Shown in pieces: positions 16,484 through 24,564 of a stretch of DNA of 64,000 nucleotides (its first letter is position 1; each line of letters starts with the position of its first letter). Under the pieces are notes generated by a model, which worked only from the letters and a program-made list of their open reading frames with translations, ran no database searches and had not been told where the DNA came from. Origin of the DNA: a virus; IMG/VR virus record IMGVR_UViG_3300045988_066710, one strand, 5' to 3'. The position numbers and the translations under genes were made by a program.

Positions 16484-16942
16484 ATGAAAGATTTAACAAA
16501 GTTGACATCACGTCAGATTTCTCAGATTAAGAACATTTATAAGGCTAATTCTAGTATTTATAGTAGAATTGAGACTTTGGAAAAGCACCTTAATAAAATT
16601 CAGGCAGAGCTTGATGAACAGTTAGCTATTATTGAGGCTAATGAAGCAGGTGTTAAGATGCTTACTGGTGGTTTTATTTCAAAGCAACTTATTAAGGATG
16701 AGCAGATTCCTCAGTTTAATGAGGATGGTACACCTAAGATGGATAAGGAAGGTAAGTATCAGCAGAAGAAGAGAGTCCTTACCTTTGTTGTTCCTGTACA
16801 GGAGCCAACAGAAGAAGTAGAACCAGATGGAACTACTACAAATATTGATACTACAGGTACTGATGAAAATGCTTTGAAATCTGAGGAAGAAGTATTCCCA
16901 GATAATCTTGGAAATGCAGATAATAATGATAATATTGATTAA
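16484..16942 (+). CDS. hypothetical protein with acidic, low-complexity C-terminus
   Basis: 152-aa ORF with an N-terminal coiled coil and a C-terminal third rich in E/D/T/N (ends NADNNDNID). Confidence 0.55.
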   Translation: MKDLTKLTSRQISQIKNIYKANSSIYSRIETLEKHLNKIQAELDEQLAIIEANEAGVKMLTGGFISKQLIKDEQIPQFNEDGTPKMDKEGKYQQKKRVLTFVVPVQEPTEEVEPDGTTTNIDTTGTDENALKSEEEVFPDNLGNADNNDNID

Positions 16943-16970
16943 TTATTAACAATTAAATAAAATAAAAGAA

Positions 16971-17903
16971 ATGAATACAACAATTAGTTTGATGGCATTT
17001 GGTAAAATTCAGGAGTCTACAGAAGCTACTGAATATAAGAAGTATATTGGTATTGCAGGCTGTAAAATAGTAGCCTTTAATCCTTCTAAGGAAGAACTTA
17101 GTAATCTCTATGGTAGAGATATTACTAAGGACCCTGAGTATTATGGGGTTATGAAGGATAATGATGGGAAGGAAATTCAGATGGCTTATCCTACATTTAT
17201 CTTGAAGTCTGACCCAGAAACTAATAATGGTATTGAGGAGTTCTTCCAGGCTAGATTCTCTATTCAGAATAATATCTTTACTAATAAGGAAAATACTAAG
17301 TGTCAAGTAATTGATTCTTATGGTAGAACTGCTTGGGCTACACAGGATGATGTTAAGAATAAAGCTATTCCTACATATACTGATAAAGAGACAGGTGAAG
17401 TTAAACCTTTTAGTATTAGTAATAATTATAGACCAGCTTTTAGGGGTGAAGAAGCTCTTACTATGTTCTTGCAGAACTATTTGAATATTCCTTCTTGTCA
17501 GAAGTATGTTAATGGTTCTTGGGTTATGATTGATAATCCACAGGATGCAGAATGTAGACTTGACCATATTACAGATTATTTCAAGGGTAATATGTCTGAA
17601 CTTAAAGATTGTATTACTTTGCAGCCTAATAATAAAGTTAAGGTTGCTATTGGTGTAAGAACTACTGATGACGGTAAGCAATATTCTAGTGTTTATACTC
17701 ACTTTACTATGAAGAATAGTAGTAATTCTACATCTAAGCTTGAAGCAGATATCCAGAATAGAAAGAATAATGGTGGTCTTGCTACTACAGAATTTGACTT
17801 TAAATCTCTTCATGAGTATACTGTATCAGAGACTAATTTTAGTGCTGAAAATAAGGAACTTCCTTTTGCAGCACCAACAAATAACCCTTGGGCAAACGCT
17901 TAA
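16971..17903 (+). CDS. hypothetical protein; possible ssDNA-binding/recombination partner of the ATPase (unverified)
   Basis: 310-aa ORF with balanced composition, located between the Sak4-like ATPase and the primase. The fully overlapping 286-aa antisense ORF (16953-17813) is an I/L/N/F-rich shadow. Confidence 0.6.
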   Translation: MNTTISLMAFGKIQESTEATEYKKYIGIAGCKIVAFNPSKEELSNLYGRDITKDPEYYGVMKDNDGKEIQMAYPTFILKSDPETNNGIEEFFQARFSIQNNIFTNKENTKCQVIDSYGRTAWATQDDVKNKAIPTYTDKETGEVKPFSISNNYRPAFRGEEALTMFLQNYLNIPSCQKYVNGSWVMIDNPQDAECRLDHITDYFKGNMSELKDCITLQPNNKVKVAIGVRTTDDGKQYSSVYTHFTMKNSSNSTSKLEADIQNRKNNGGLATTEFDFKSLHEYTVSETNFSAENKELPFAAPTNNPWANA

Positions 17904-17915
17904 TATACTAATAAT

Positions 17916-18938
17916 ATGATTAGCAATGGATATACTTCAATAACTTTAAAAGATATATTAAACAAAGTAGATGAGGGTCAAATACTTAATTTCTACTTTG
18001 GTATTACACAAGTTCCTTTTAGAATGAATAGCCCTTTAAGGAATGATTCTAAACCTTCATTTGGATTATATTCAAGTGATGGTATACATATACATTATAA
18101 AGACTTTGCAACAGGAGAACAAGGGTCTTTATTTGATTTACTTATGCAAATCTACAATATTAGTTTTATAGAACTAGTAGATAAGATAAGTAAAGATATG
18201 AATATTAATACTAAGCAGATTAATATCTCTAAATCTCAAATTAAACATAACTCAGCTACAATAAGTAGTAGTCAAATCAGACTAGAGGTTAAAACTAGAG
18301 AATGGAGAAATTATGATGTTGAGTATTGGGAATCTTATGGATGTAATATAAATCTATTAAAGTATGTTGAAGTATATCCTATTAGTCATAAAATTATATA
18401 TAAAGATAATAAAAGATATACCTTTGCTTGTGATAAACTAGCATATTGTTATATTGAAAGAAAAGAAGGGAATATCACCAAGAAAATTTATCAACCCTAT
18501 AATAAAAATGGTTACAAATGGACATCTTCCAATGACAAGAGTGTTATTGGTTTGTGGTCTAAAATTCCAGAGACAGGAGATACATTGCTTATATGTTCAT
18601 CATTGAAAGATAGTATCTGTCTATGGTCTAATGTTAATATACCCTGTATATATGTTCAATCAGAAAATACAGAGTTAAGTGATTCTGCAATTAATTGTTT
18701 ACAAAAAAGATATAATCATATTTATATAGCATTTGATGGAGATTCAGCAGGTGAAATAGATGCCTATAATCTTAGATTAAAAACAGGTTTTGAGATAATT
18801 CATTGTCCTTTAATTGATAAGGCAAAAGATTATTCAGATATATATCATTATTTTGGTAAAAAAAGACTTATTGAAGAATTTAATAATGCTTTTAATAAGA
18901 CTAAAGCACCAGATATGGATGATGATTTACCTTTTTGA
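17916..18938 (+). CDS. DnaG-like (TOPRIM) DNA primase with acidic C-terminal tip
   Basis: 340-aa ORF. N-terminal SPLRNDSKPSFGLY resembles the CPFHxEKTPSF primase zinc-finger segment but lacks the Cys residues. The TOPRIM-like region is LLICSSLKDSICLW ... IYIAFDGDSAGE (DxD). It ends in PDMDDDLPF. Confidence 0.7.
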   Translation: MISNGYTSITLKDILNKVDEGQILNFYFGITQVPFRMNSPLRNDSKPSFGLYSSDGIHIHYKDFATGEQGSLFDLLMQIYNISFIELVDKISKDMNINTKQINISKSQIKHNSATISSSQIRLEVKTREWRNYDVEYWESYGCNINLLKYVEVYPISHKIIYKDNKRYTFACDKLAYCYIERKEGNITKKIYQPYNKNGYKWTSSNDKSVIGLWSKIPETGDTLLICSSLKDSICLWSNVNIPCIYVQSENTELSDSAINCLQKRYNHIYIAFDGDSAGEIDAYNLRLKTGFEIIHCPLIDKAKDYSDIYHYFGKKRLIEEFNNAFNKTKAPDMDDDLPF

Positions 18939-18984
18939 AATAACACAAATAATTAAAGTTTAATATATTAAAATTTAAAGAAAA

Positions 18985-19698
18985 ATGGAAAAAAGAAAGA
19001 TTACAGTGATTCCTACAAAGACTCACAAGACACAAGTTATTGAAAGTGCAGCAACAACATTGGCAGAACTCAAAGCAGACCTTACTAAGGCAGGTATTAA
19101 TTATACTGATTGTACATTCTTTGAGGGTCTTACTAAGATTGAATTGAAGAATGATGCTGCTATTCTTCCACATGATGTTCCTTATAAGGGAACTACTACT
19201 AATAACTTAGTATTTATGATTACTAATGCTTCAAAGAAGATTAGAAGTGGAGCAAAGCTTGATAGAAAGGCTATCATTGAGGAGATTAAGAGTAAGAATC
19301 TTACAGAAGTAGTTAAGAAGACTTATGGTAAGAATTATACTAACTGTAAGACAGAAGATTTGCAGAAGATTCTTAACAAAGAAGCAGCTTCTACAACAGC
19401 AGATGCTTCAGCTCCTACAGCTAAAGCAGCTCCTGCAAAGAAGGAAGCTCCTAGTAAGCCTGTAATGAAGGCTGATGACCCTAGTAACTATGTTACTAAA
19501 GCAGAACTTAAGAAAGTTATTGAAAGTCTTTTGGAAGAAATGGAGAATGCAGGTATGGATTATTCTGATGATATTGATATTGATAATATTGCTATTATTG
19601 GTAATGTCACTTCAGATACTTCAAATGCTTCAAAGGAAGAGGAATCAGATTCTCCATATTCATCAAATGAACTTGATGATATGTTTAAAGATATGTAA
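18985..19698 (+). CDS. hypothetical protein: possible N-terminal ubiquitin-like (beta-grasp) domain + HeH/SAP-like helix pair + A/P/K linker + acidic tail
   Basis: 237-aa ORF. Residues about 5-89 (KITVIPTKTHKTQVIESAATTLAELKADLTKAGINYTDCTFFEGLTKIELKNDAAILPHDV...NNLVFMITNASKKIRSG) thread by eye onto the ubiquitin strand/helix pattern. NLTEVVKKTYGKNYTNCKTEDLQKIL is HeH-like. The linker is ASAPTAKAAPAKKEAPSKP and the C-terminus is acidic. Confidence 0.55.
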   Translation: MEKRKITVIPTKTHKTQVIESAATTLAELKADLTKAGINYTDCTFFEGLTKIELKNDAAILPHDVPYKGTTTNNLVFMITNASKKIRSGAKLDRKAIIEEIKSKNLTEVVKKTYGKNYTNCKTEDLQKILNKEAASTTADASAPTAKAAPAKKEAPSKPVMKADDPSNYVTKAELKKVIESLLEEMENAGMDYSDDIDIDNIAIIGNVTSDTSNASKEEESDSPYSSNELDDMFKDM

Positions 19699-19715
19699 TT
19701 TATAAAAAATCTAAT

Positions 19716-19756
19716 AGGGAGTAAGTATAGTAATATATTTGCTCCCTTCTTTTTTA
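19716..19756 (+). terminator. rho-independent terminator (14-bp stem, GTAA loop)
   Basis: agggagtaagtata-GTAA-tatatttgctccct (19716-19747) pairs throughout (two G-U pairs), followed by TCTTTTTTAT. The loop-proximal 3' arm also contains TATATTTG, a possible -7 promoter box. Confidence 0.7.
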
Positions 19757-19762
19757 TTACTT

Positions 19763-20878
19763 ATGGATATAAAAGAACAAATAAGAAATAAGTATTATAC
19801 TCCTACAGAAGAAGCTCTTAAAGTATATGAAATATTTAAAAGTTTCTTTGGTGAAACTAAAGTAGACTTTCAAGTAGATAAAGATTTTAAAGATGCTGTA
19901 GAAACTTTAATAGCAGAAGATGAAAACTTGGAAGATACTTTAAACCTTCCTTTACTTCCATTATGTGAATTTTCATATATTATATTAGTTCATTTTCCAA
20001 ATGTAACTATTACTAATGAAAAAGATAATAATGTAGATATTCATGATTTATATGTTAAAGTACCACTTGATTATACAGGAAAACAAGCTAAAAGATTTGA
20101 AATGATTGTTACTACTTTCACTAAAGTTTTATATGAAAGTCATTATACACATTCCCATTTACCTTCAGGTTCTTTAAGTCATGGTAAAGCTTATTTTAAT
20201 AGACCTTGTTTAGGAGAAGGTCCTATTGGAGACACTTGTAATATTCTTGGAGATGAAAATAATGAAAATATATGGAAATTATTCTGTGTGGAATTAGCTA
20301 GATATGTTACAGTAGAATCTATAGCAGGAGTTCCTTATTACAGAATGGAAAATATTGGTAGAAATAATAGTAATAAAGAAATAATTCTTTCAGATACTTG
20401 TTATACAGTCTCTTCAGAAATTTCATTTATTATAAAAGAAGCCATACGTAATCTTATAAATAGAAAAGTATTTACTTTTAAATATGTAAATAATACTTAT
20501 AGCTTTGCTGCTAATGATGCTTCTTTAATTAGATTAATAAGCAATGAGTTTATAACAATTTATAATAAAAGATTTAATAATAAAGAACTTTCTACAAATT
20601 TAAATGAATTAATAAGAGCTAAAATTCTTATAAAAGCAGTTTTTTATAAAGGATGTTTTACTGAAGAAGATAGTAATAGACACAGTTCTTGTAGTCCTAG
20701 TACTGATGTCTTATTTACATTTAAGAATATACCTGTTAAAATGAAGATTATAGATACTGATACTACTATTGAACCTGTATATATTCTTAATGTAAAATAT
20801 ATTAATGTGGCAATACGAAATATATTAGAATTTATAAATTACAATTATGGACAAGAATATATTAAAGAAACAAGATAA
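19763..20878 (+). CDS. hypothetical protein, possible divergent E2/UBC-like protein (speculative)
   Basis: ATG 19763 was chosen because the track's upstream TTG start lies inside the terminator. This gives 371 aa. A beta-rich segment (SYIILVHFPNVTITNE, IHDLYVKVPLDY, RFEMIVTTF) is followed by HSHLPSG-x11-RPCLGEGP, reminiscent of the E2 HPN...G.xCL active-site loop. Confidence 0.6.
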   Translation: MDIKEQIRNKYYTPTEEALKVYEIFKSFFGETKVDFQVDKDFKDAVETLIAEDENLEDTLNLPLLPLCEFSYIILVHFPNVTITNEKDNNVDIHDLYVKVPLDYTGKQAKRFEMIVTTFTKVLYESHYTHSHLPSGSLSHGKAYFNRPCLGEGPIGDTCNILGDENNENIWKLFCVELARYVTVESIAGVPYYRMENIGRNNSNKEIILSDTCYTVSSEISFIIKEAIRNLINRKVFTFKYVNNTYSFAANDASLIRLISNEFITIYNKRFNNKELSTNLNELIRAKILIKAVFYKGCFTEEDSNRHSSCSPSTDVLFTFKNIPVKMKIIDTDTTIEPVYILNVKYINVAIRNILEFINYNYGQEYIKETR

Positions 20879-21983
20879 TACATATAAGTTAATTATTACT
20901 CCAGAACTAGAAGAAAAGATTAGATTCTTGTGTGCTAGATTTCCTAATAATGAATATAGTGGAGTATTATTCTATGATTATACTGGTAGATTTGAAGATA
21001 ATTCTTTAGTATTAACTGCTAAAGATTTCTGTCTTATGGATTATGGTTCTGCTACTTATACTGAGTTTGATAAGAGTGCAGAAATCTGTAATTATATGAT
21101 AGAACATGATTTATTAGAATGTCAGCAAGGTTTAATGCATTCACATGACCAGATGTCAACGTTTTTCAGTGGAACTGACCTTGGAACTCTTCAAGAAGAA
21201 GGTTCTGATATGAATAATTTCTTATCTTTAATTGTAAATAATGCTGGTCAATATACTGCGGCAATTACAAGAAAAGTTAAACATATTCCTCATGTAACAG
21301 AAGTACTTGAATATGAGTTCTTTGGTGAAGAAACTATTAATATAGGTAATGATGAATATGATGCTATAGAATCTTATGAAATAGAATATTTCTTCTTGAA
21401 TATTGAAAAGCCTACTGTAAATATTGGTTATACAGACCTATTTAATAGAATTGAAGAAATTAGTAAGGATAAGACTAAAATTACAAATATTAGTAGAGAA
21501 CCTCGTGCTAATCTTATTGTTGACTCTACTTTAAAGGCAACACCTTTATATAAGGAAACAAATATACCTTTCTCTAAGGCTAATACTGCTGTTCAAGCAG
21601 GAGTAGATACAGATGAATCTATTGATTATAATAAGTATAAATTTAATGAAACAGACTTAAATAATATTGTTAAACAATTACTTATAGGTAGTCCTATATT
21701 TACTCCAAAAGACCTCAATGAATGGGTTCAAAAAATGCCTACAGTATTTTCTAAGAGATTTGGAGAAGGACAAAAAGGTTTAGCGAATTATAGAGCTTTT
21801 ATTGGTTATTTTGTAGAATTTCTTGTAACAGAAGCCTTTGATGATAATTTAGCAGAAGAAGGTTATCTTGAAGATTCACAAATGGCTATATGTGCTTATG
21901 GTGTATTACAGAAATTACATACATTTAAAACTAATTCCTTTATTGAAGTTATAGAGGATGAAATAGAACGTTTTATTATTTAA
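20847..21983 (+). CDS. JAMM/MPN (JAB) metalloprotease-domain protein with ~230-aa C-terminal extension
   Basis: 378-aa ORF with a complete JAMM signature: E36 (NNEYSGVLF) ... H98-S-H100-x7-S108-x2-D111 (HSHDQMSTFFSGTD, nt 21138-21179). Confidence 0.8.
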   Translation: MDKNILKKQDNTYKLIITPELEEKIRFLCARFPNNEYSGVLFYDYTGRFEDNSLVLTAKDFCLMDYGSATYTEFDKSAEICNYMIEHDLLECQQGLMHSHDQMSTFFSGTDLGTLQEEGSDMNNFLSLIVNNAGQYTAAITRKVKHIPHVTEVLEYEFFGEETINIGNDEYDAIESYEIEYFFLNIEKPTVNIGYTDLFNRIEEISKDKTKITNISREPRANLIVDSTLKATPLYKETNIPFSKANTAVQAGVDTDESIDYNKYKFNETDLNNIVKQLLIGSPIFTPKDLNEWVQKMPTVFSKRFGEGQKGLANYRAFIGYFVEFLVTEAFDDNLAEEGYLEDSQMAICAYGVLQKLHTFKTNSFIEVIEDEIERFII

Positions 21984-21987
21984 AATT

Positions 21988-22938
21988 ATGAATGAAGAAT
22001 CAACTATAACTCCACCTTTGGAGGTTAATATGGAACAAATAGTAAATACTACAGCTAATGTTCCAGAAGTTGCTATTGCTCCTTTAGAGATAACAGAAAG
22101 AGAAACAACATCAATATTAGAACCTGAAGAAGTAGTAGAAGAAGAATCAGAATCTATATTATCAGAAGAAGATGAAGCTTTTTTGAATGAAGTTATTGAA
22201 AACCAACATCAGGAAATTCCTCTTATAAGTGAAGATTATCATGATGAAACTGCTAGATTTTCAGGAGCAGAATGGTTTAATAAAATTAAAGAGAAAATTA
22301 TTATTGTAGGAGGTGCAGGAGGTATTTCTTCAAATGCTATATTTCAATTAGCTAGAATACACCCTAAGAGTATTTATATCTTTGATAATGATAAAGTTGA
22401 GGAAGTTAATCTTGCTGGACAAATGTTTGGTATCAAGGATATAGATAAATATAAAGTGGATGCCATAGCAGAAACTGTTAACCATTATAGTAAATATACT
22501 GATGTGTTTGCTATGCGAGAATTATATACTAGTAATAGTTTTACTTCTGATATTATGATTTGTGGCTTTGATAATATGGAAGCTAGAAAGGTATTCTTTA
22601 ATAACTGGAAAAAACATGTAGAATTGCAGAAAGATAAATCTAAATGTCTATATATTGATGCCCGATTGTCATTTGATACTTTACAAATACTCACTATTGT
22701 AGGTACAGATACATATAATCAGGATAGATATGAAAAAGAATTCTTATTTTCTGATGAAGAAGCAGATGAAACTGTATGTAGTTTAAAACAAACTACTTTT
22801 ATGGCATGCATGATAGCTTCTTTTATTGTAAATAATGTAGTTAATTTCTGTGCTAATGAAATTGTTCCTATGATAAAGCAATTACCTTTCTTTATAGAAT
22901 ATGATTGTAATATGATGTACTTAAAAGAAGAAGATTAA
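21988..22938 (+). CDS. ThiF/MoeB/E1-like adenylyltransferase-domain protein with acidic N-terminal extension
   Basis: 316-aa ORF containing IIIVGGAGGISSNAIFQLA (Rossmann, nt about 22306-22326), IFDNDKVEEVNLAGQ (E1 D-x-D ... NLxRQ block, with Arg replaced by Gly), ICGFDNMEARK, and CSLKQTTFMACMIASFIVNN. The first ~95 aa are acidic and low-complexity. Confidence 0.75.
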   Translation: MNEESTITPPLEVNMEQIVNTTANVPEVAIAPLEITERETTSILEPEEVVEEESESILSEEDEAFLNEVIENQHQEIPLISEDYHDETARFSGAEWFNKIKEKIIIVGGAGGISSNAIFQLARIHPKSIYIFDNDKVEEVNLAGQMFGIKDIDKYKVDAIAETVNHYSKYTDVFAMRELYTSNSFTSDIMICGFDNMEARKVFFNNWKKHVELQKDKSKCLYIDARLSFDTLQILTIVGTDTYNQDRYEKEFLFSDEEADETVCSLKQTTFMACMIASFIVNNVVNFCANEIVPMIKQLPFFIEYDCNMMYLKEED

Positions 22939-23606
22939 TGATAAGTGAAAATATTAAAAATAATATAAATAGCTTTCTTGGTGTTACGTCAGCCTCTCTC
23001 TGTTCAACAGGTATACCTTTATTAGGAACAGAGAATAATCAATTCTCTCTATATATGACAAATCATATATTTAATGGTAAGATTACAGAGATTCCTATTT
23101 ATAATTCTTTATCTTCGAGAGGAATAATTCCACTATTTACTTTTTCTTCTACTAGTATAAATGAAAGAAAAACTTTTGGTCCTCTCTTAAAAGAGTTAAG
23201 TTTTACTAGAGGAGCAGGAGCATTAAATAGAGTTAGAGATAAAGATGGTAATCTTTATTATGGAATGAGAGGTTTAATACTTAATAGTAATTTAGAGCCA
23301 TTAGTATTATGTACTATTAGACCTCCTAGAACATCATCAGCTACCACAGAACTTATACTTAGAGTAAGTCCTAAAGTTTTTAATAGTGATAATGTTGTAT
23401 GTAAAGGTATTCAAAAGTATCTTATTGAATATTGTAGTACTGTCTCTAGATATTTTTCTATAGTAAGTGGTTTTACTACTATGACAGTTATCATTAACAA
23501 TGATATTGATAAGTTTATAAGACATGCCAAGGCTCCTACCAATATTAATGTTAATGAGGAAATACAACAGCTTCTTGTAGATAATATAGATAAATTATGT
23601 CTTTAG
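22938..23606 (+). CDS. hypothetical protein (fourth gene of the JAB/E1 cluster)
   Basis: 222-aa ORF. Its start overlaps the E1-like stop (TAATG) and its stop overlaps the UDG-like start. No motif was recognised. Confidence 0.6.
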   Translation: MISENIKNNINSFLGVTSASLCSTGIPLLGTENNQFSLYMTNHIFNGKITEIPIYNSLSSRGIIPLFTFSSTSINERKTFGPLLKELSFTRGAGALNRVRDKDGNLYYGMRGLILNSNLEPLVLCTIRPPRTSSATTELILRVSPKVFNSDNVVCKGIQKYLIEYCSTVSRYFSIVSGFTTMTVIINNDIDKFIRHAKAPTNINVNEEIQQLLVDNIDKLCL

Positions 23607-24202
23607 AGGAATATTTTGGAGATTGGTTAAAAGTAATAGATAAGAAAGTATTATATGAGACAATTAATACACTTAATTCTAGCAATACTGTTAATTTGTG
23701 TCCTAATTATAATGACATCTTTAATTGCTTTAAAGCTTGTAAATTATCTAAATTAAAGGTAGTTATATTAGGTTTAAGTCCTTATCCACAATTAGGTAAG
23801 GCTACTGGAATTGCTTTTGGTAACAATATAAAAACACTTGATAAAGATCTATCACCATCCTTACAAGTTATAAAAGAATCAGTTATCAATTATGAAATTC
23901 CACAAAATAGTAGTATCTTTGACCCCAGTTTTGAAGATTGGGAGAAGCAAGGAGTATTAATGTTGAATTGTGCATTGACATGTAAAGCAGGTCTCCCTAG
24001 TTCTCATTTAGGACTATGGAGACCTTTTATATCTAAACTAATATATAATATGTCTAGATATATGACTGCTTGTGTATATGTATTATTTGGTGAAGAAGCT
24101 AAAACTTTTGAACCTTATATCTCTCAATATAATTATGTAATTAAAGAAAAACATCCTTCATATTATGCTAGGAATCATAAGAAACTTAGATATAATTTGT
24201 AG
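23597..24202 (+). CDS. family-1-like uracil-DNA glycosylase homolog with non-canonical active-site motif
   Basis: 201-aa ORF. [22 protein letters not shown] aligns to Ung [33 protein letters not shown] to GVLLLNTVLTV, and EKHPSYYA to APHPSPLSA. The catalytic Asp of GQDPY is Ser here. Confidence 0.75.
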   Translation: [201 protein letters not shown]

Positions 24203-24246
24203 GATGAAATAAATAATCATTTAAACAATAAAATAAAATTTAAAAG

Positions 24247-24564
24247 ATGAAAAAGTATTATTTTAAAGGTACTAATCAAGAAGTTAAATTAGGTGATAAG
24301 ATTACACAGATTATTACCTGTAGTAATGGTAAGCAATTTAAGTGTAATAGTACTGTAGATGAAGCTACTATTGAAGATTTACTTAATAGAAATTCTATTG
24401 AAGCTAAGGAAGTTATTCCTGTACAGAAGAGTATATATAGAAAACATGGTAAAAGAGGTCCTATGCCAAAAGAACCTAATATTAAGGTAATTAATCTTAA
24501 TAATAAAGAAGAATTTAAAGAGTTTATTAATGTTTTAACTGGTATTATTAGTGGCAAATGTTAA
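24247..24564 (+). CDS. hypothetical protein
   Basis: 105-aa ORF ending ...LTGIISGKC. The antisense ORF 24276-24557 is judged a shadow. Confidence 0.5.
   Translation: MKKYYFKGTNQEVKLGDKITQIITCSNGKQFKCNSTVDEATIEDLLNRNSIEAKEVIPVQKSIYRKHGKRGPMPKEPNIKVINLNNKEEFKEFINVLTGIISGKC

Noticed and set aside
16953-17813. A 286-aa antisense ORF fully overlapping ORF 16971-17903. There are many similar minus-strand ORFs inside plus-strand genes, including 2622-3026, 13846-14175, 13889-14188, 24276-24557, 26932-27231, 33907-34233, 35370-35726 and 37105-37362. There are also plus-strand ORFs inside the minus-strand giant genes, including 49215-49415, 49419-49718, 53535-53759 and 57703-57951.
   Set aside because: Their translations are dominated by I/L/F/N/S/K runs typical of shadow frames in AT-rich DNA. 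They lack motifs and overlap genes with strong motif support or balanced composition on the other strand.
19739-19762. The upstream TTG start (MLPSFLLL...) given in the track for ORF 19739-20878.
   Set aside because: This stretch is the 3' arm and U-tract of the terminator hairpin at 19716-19756. ATG 19763 (MDIKEQ...) is the first plausible start.
24247-24564. The 105-aa ORF ending ...GIISGKC as the Ubl substrate of the JAB/E1 cluster.
   Set aside because: The only evidence is a Ser-Gly two residues from the C-terminus, and no convincing beta-grasp pattern was seen. The N-terminal domain of ORF 18985-19698 is a better, though still speculative, candidate.
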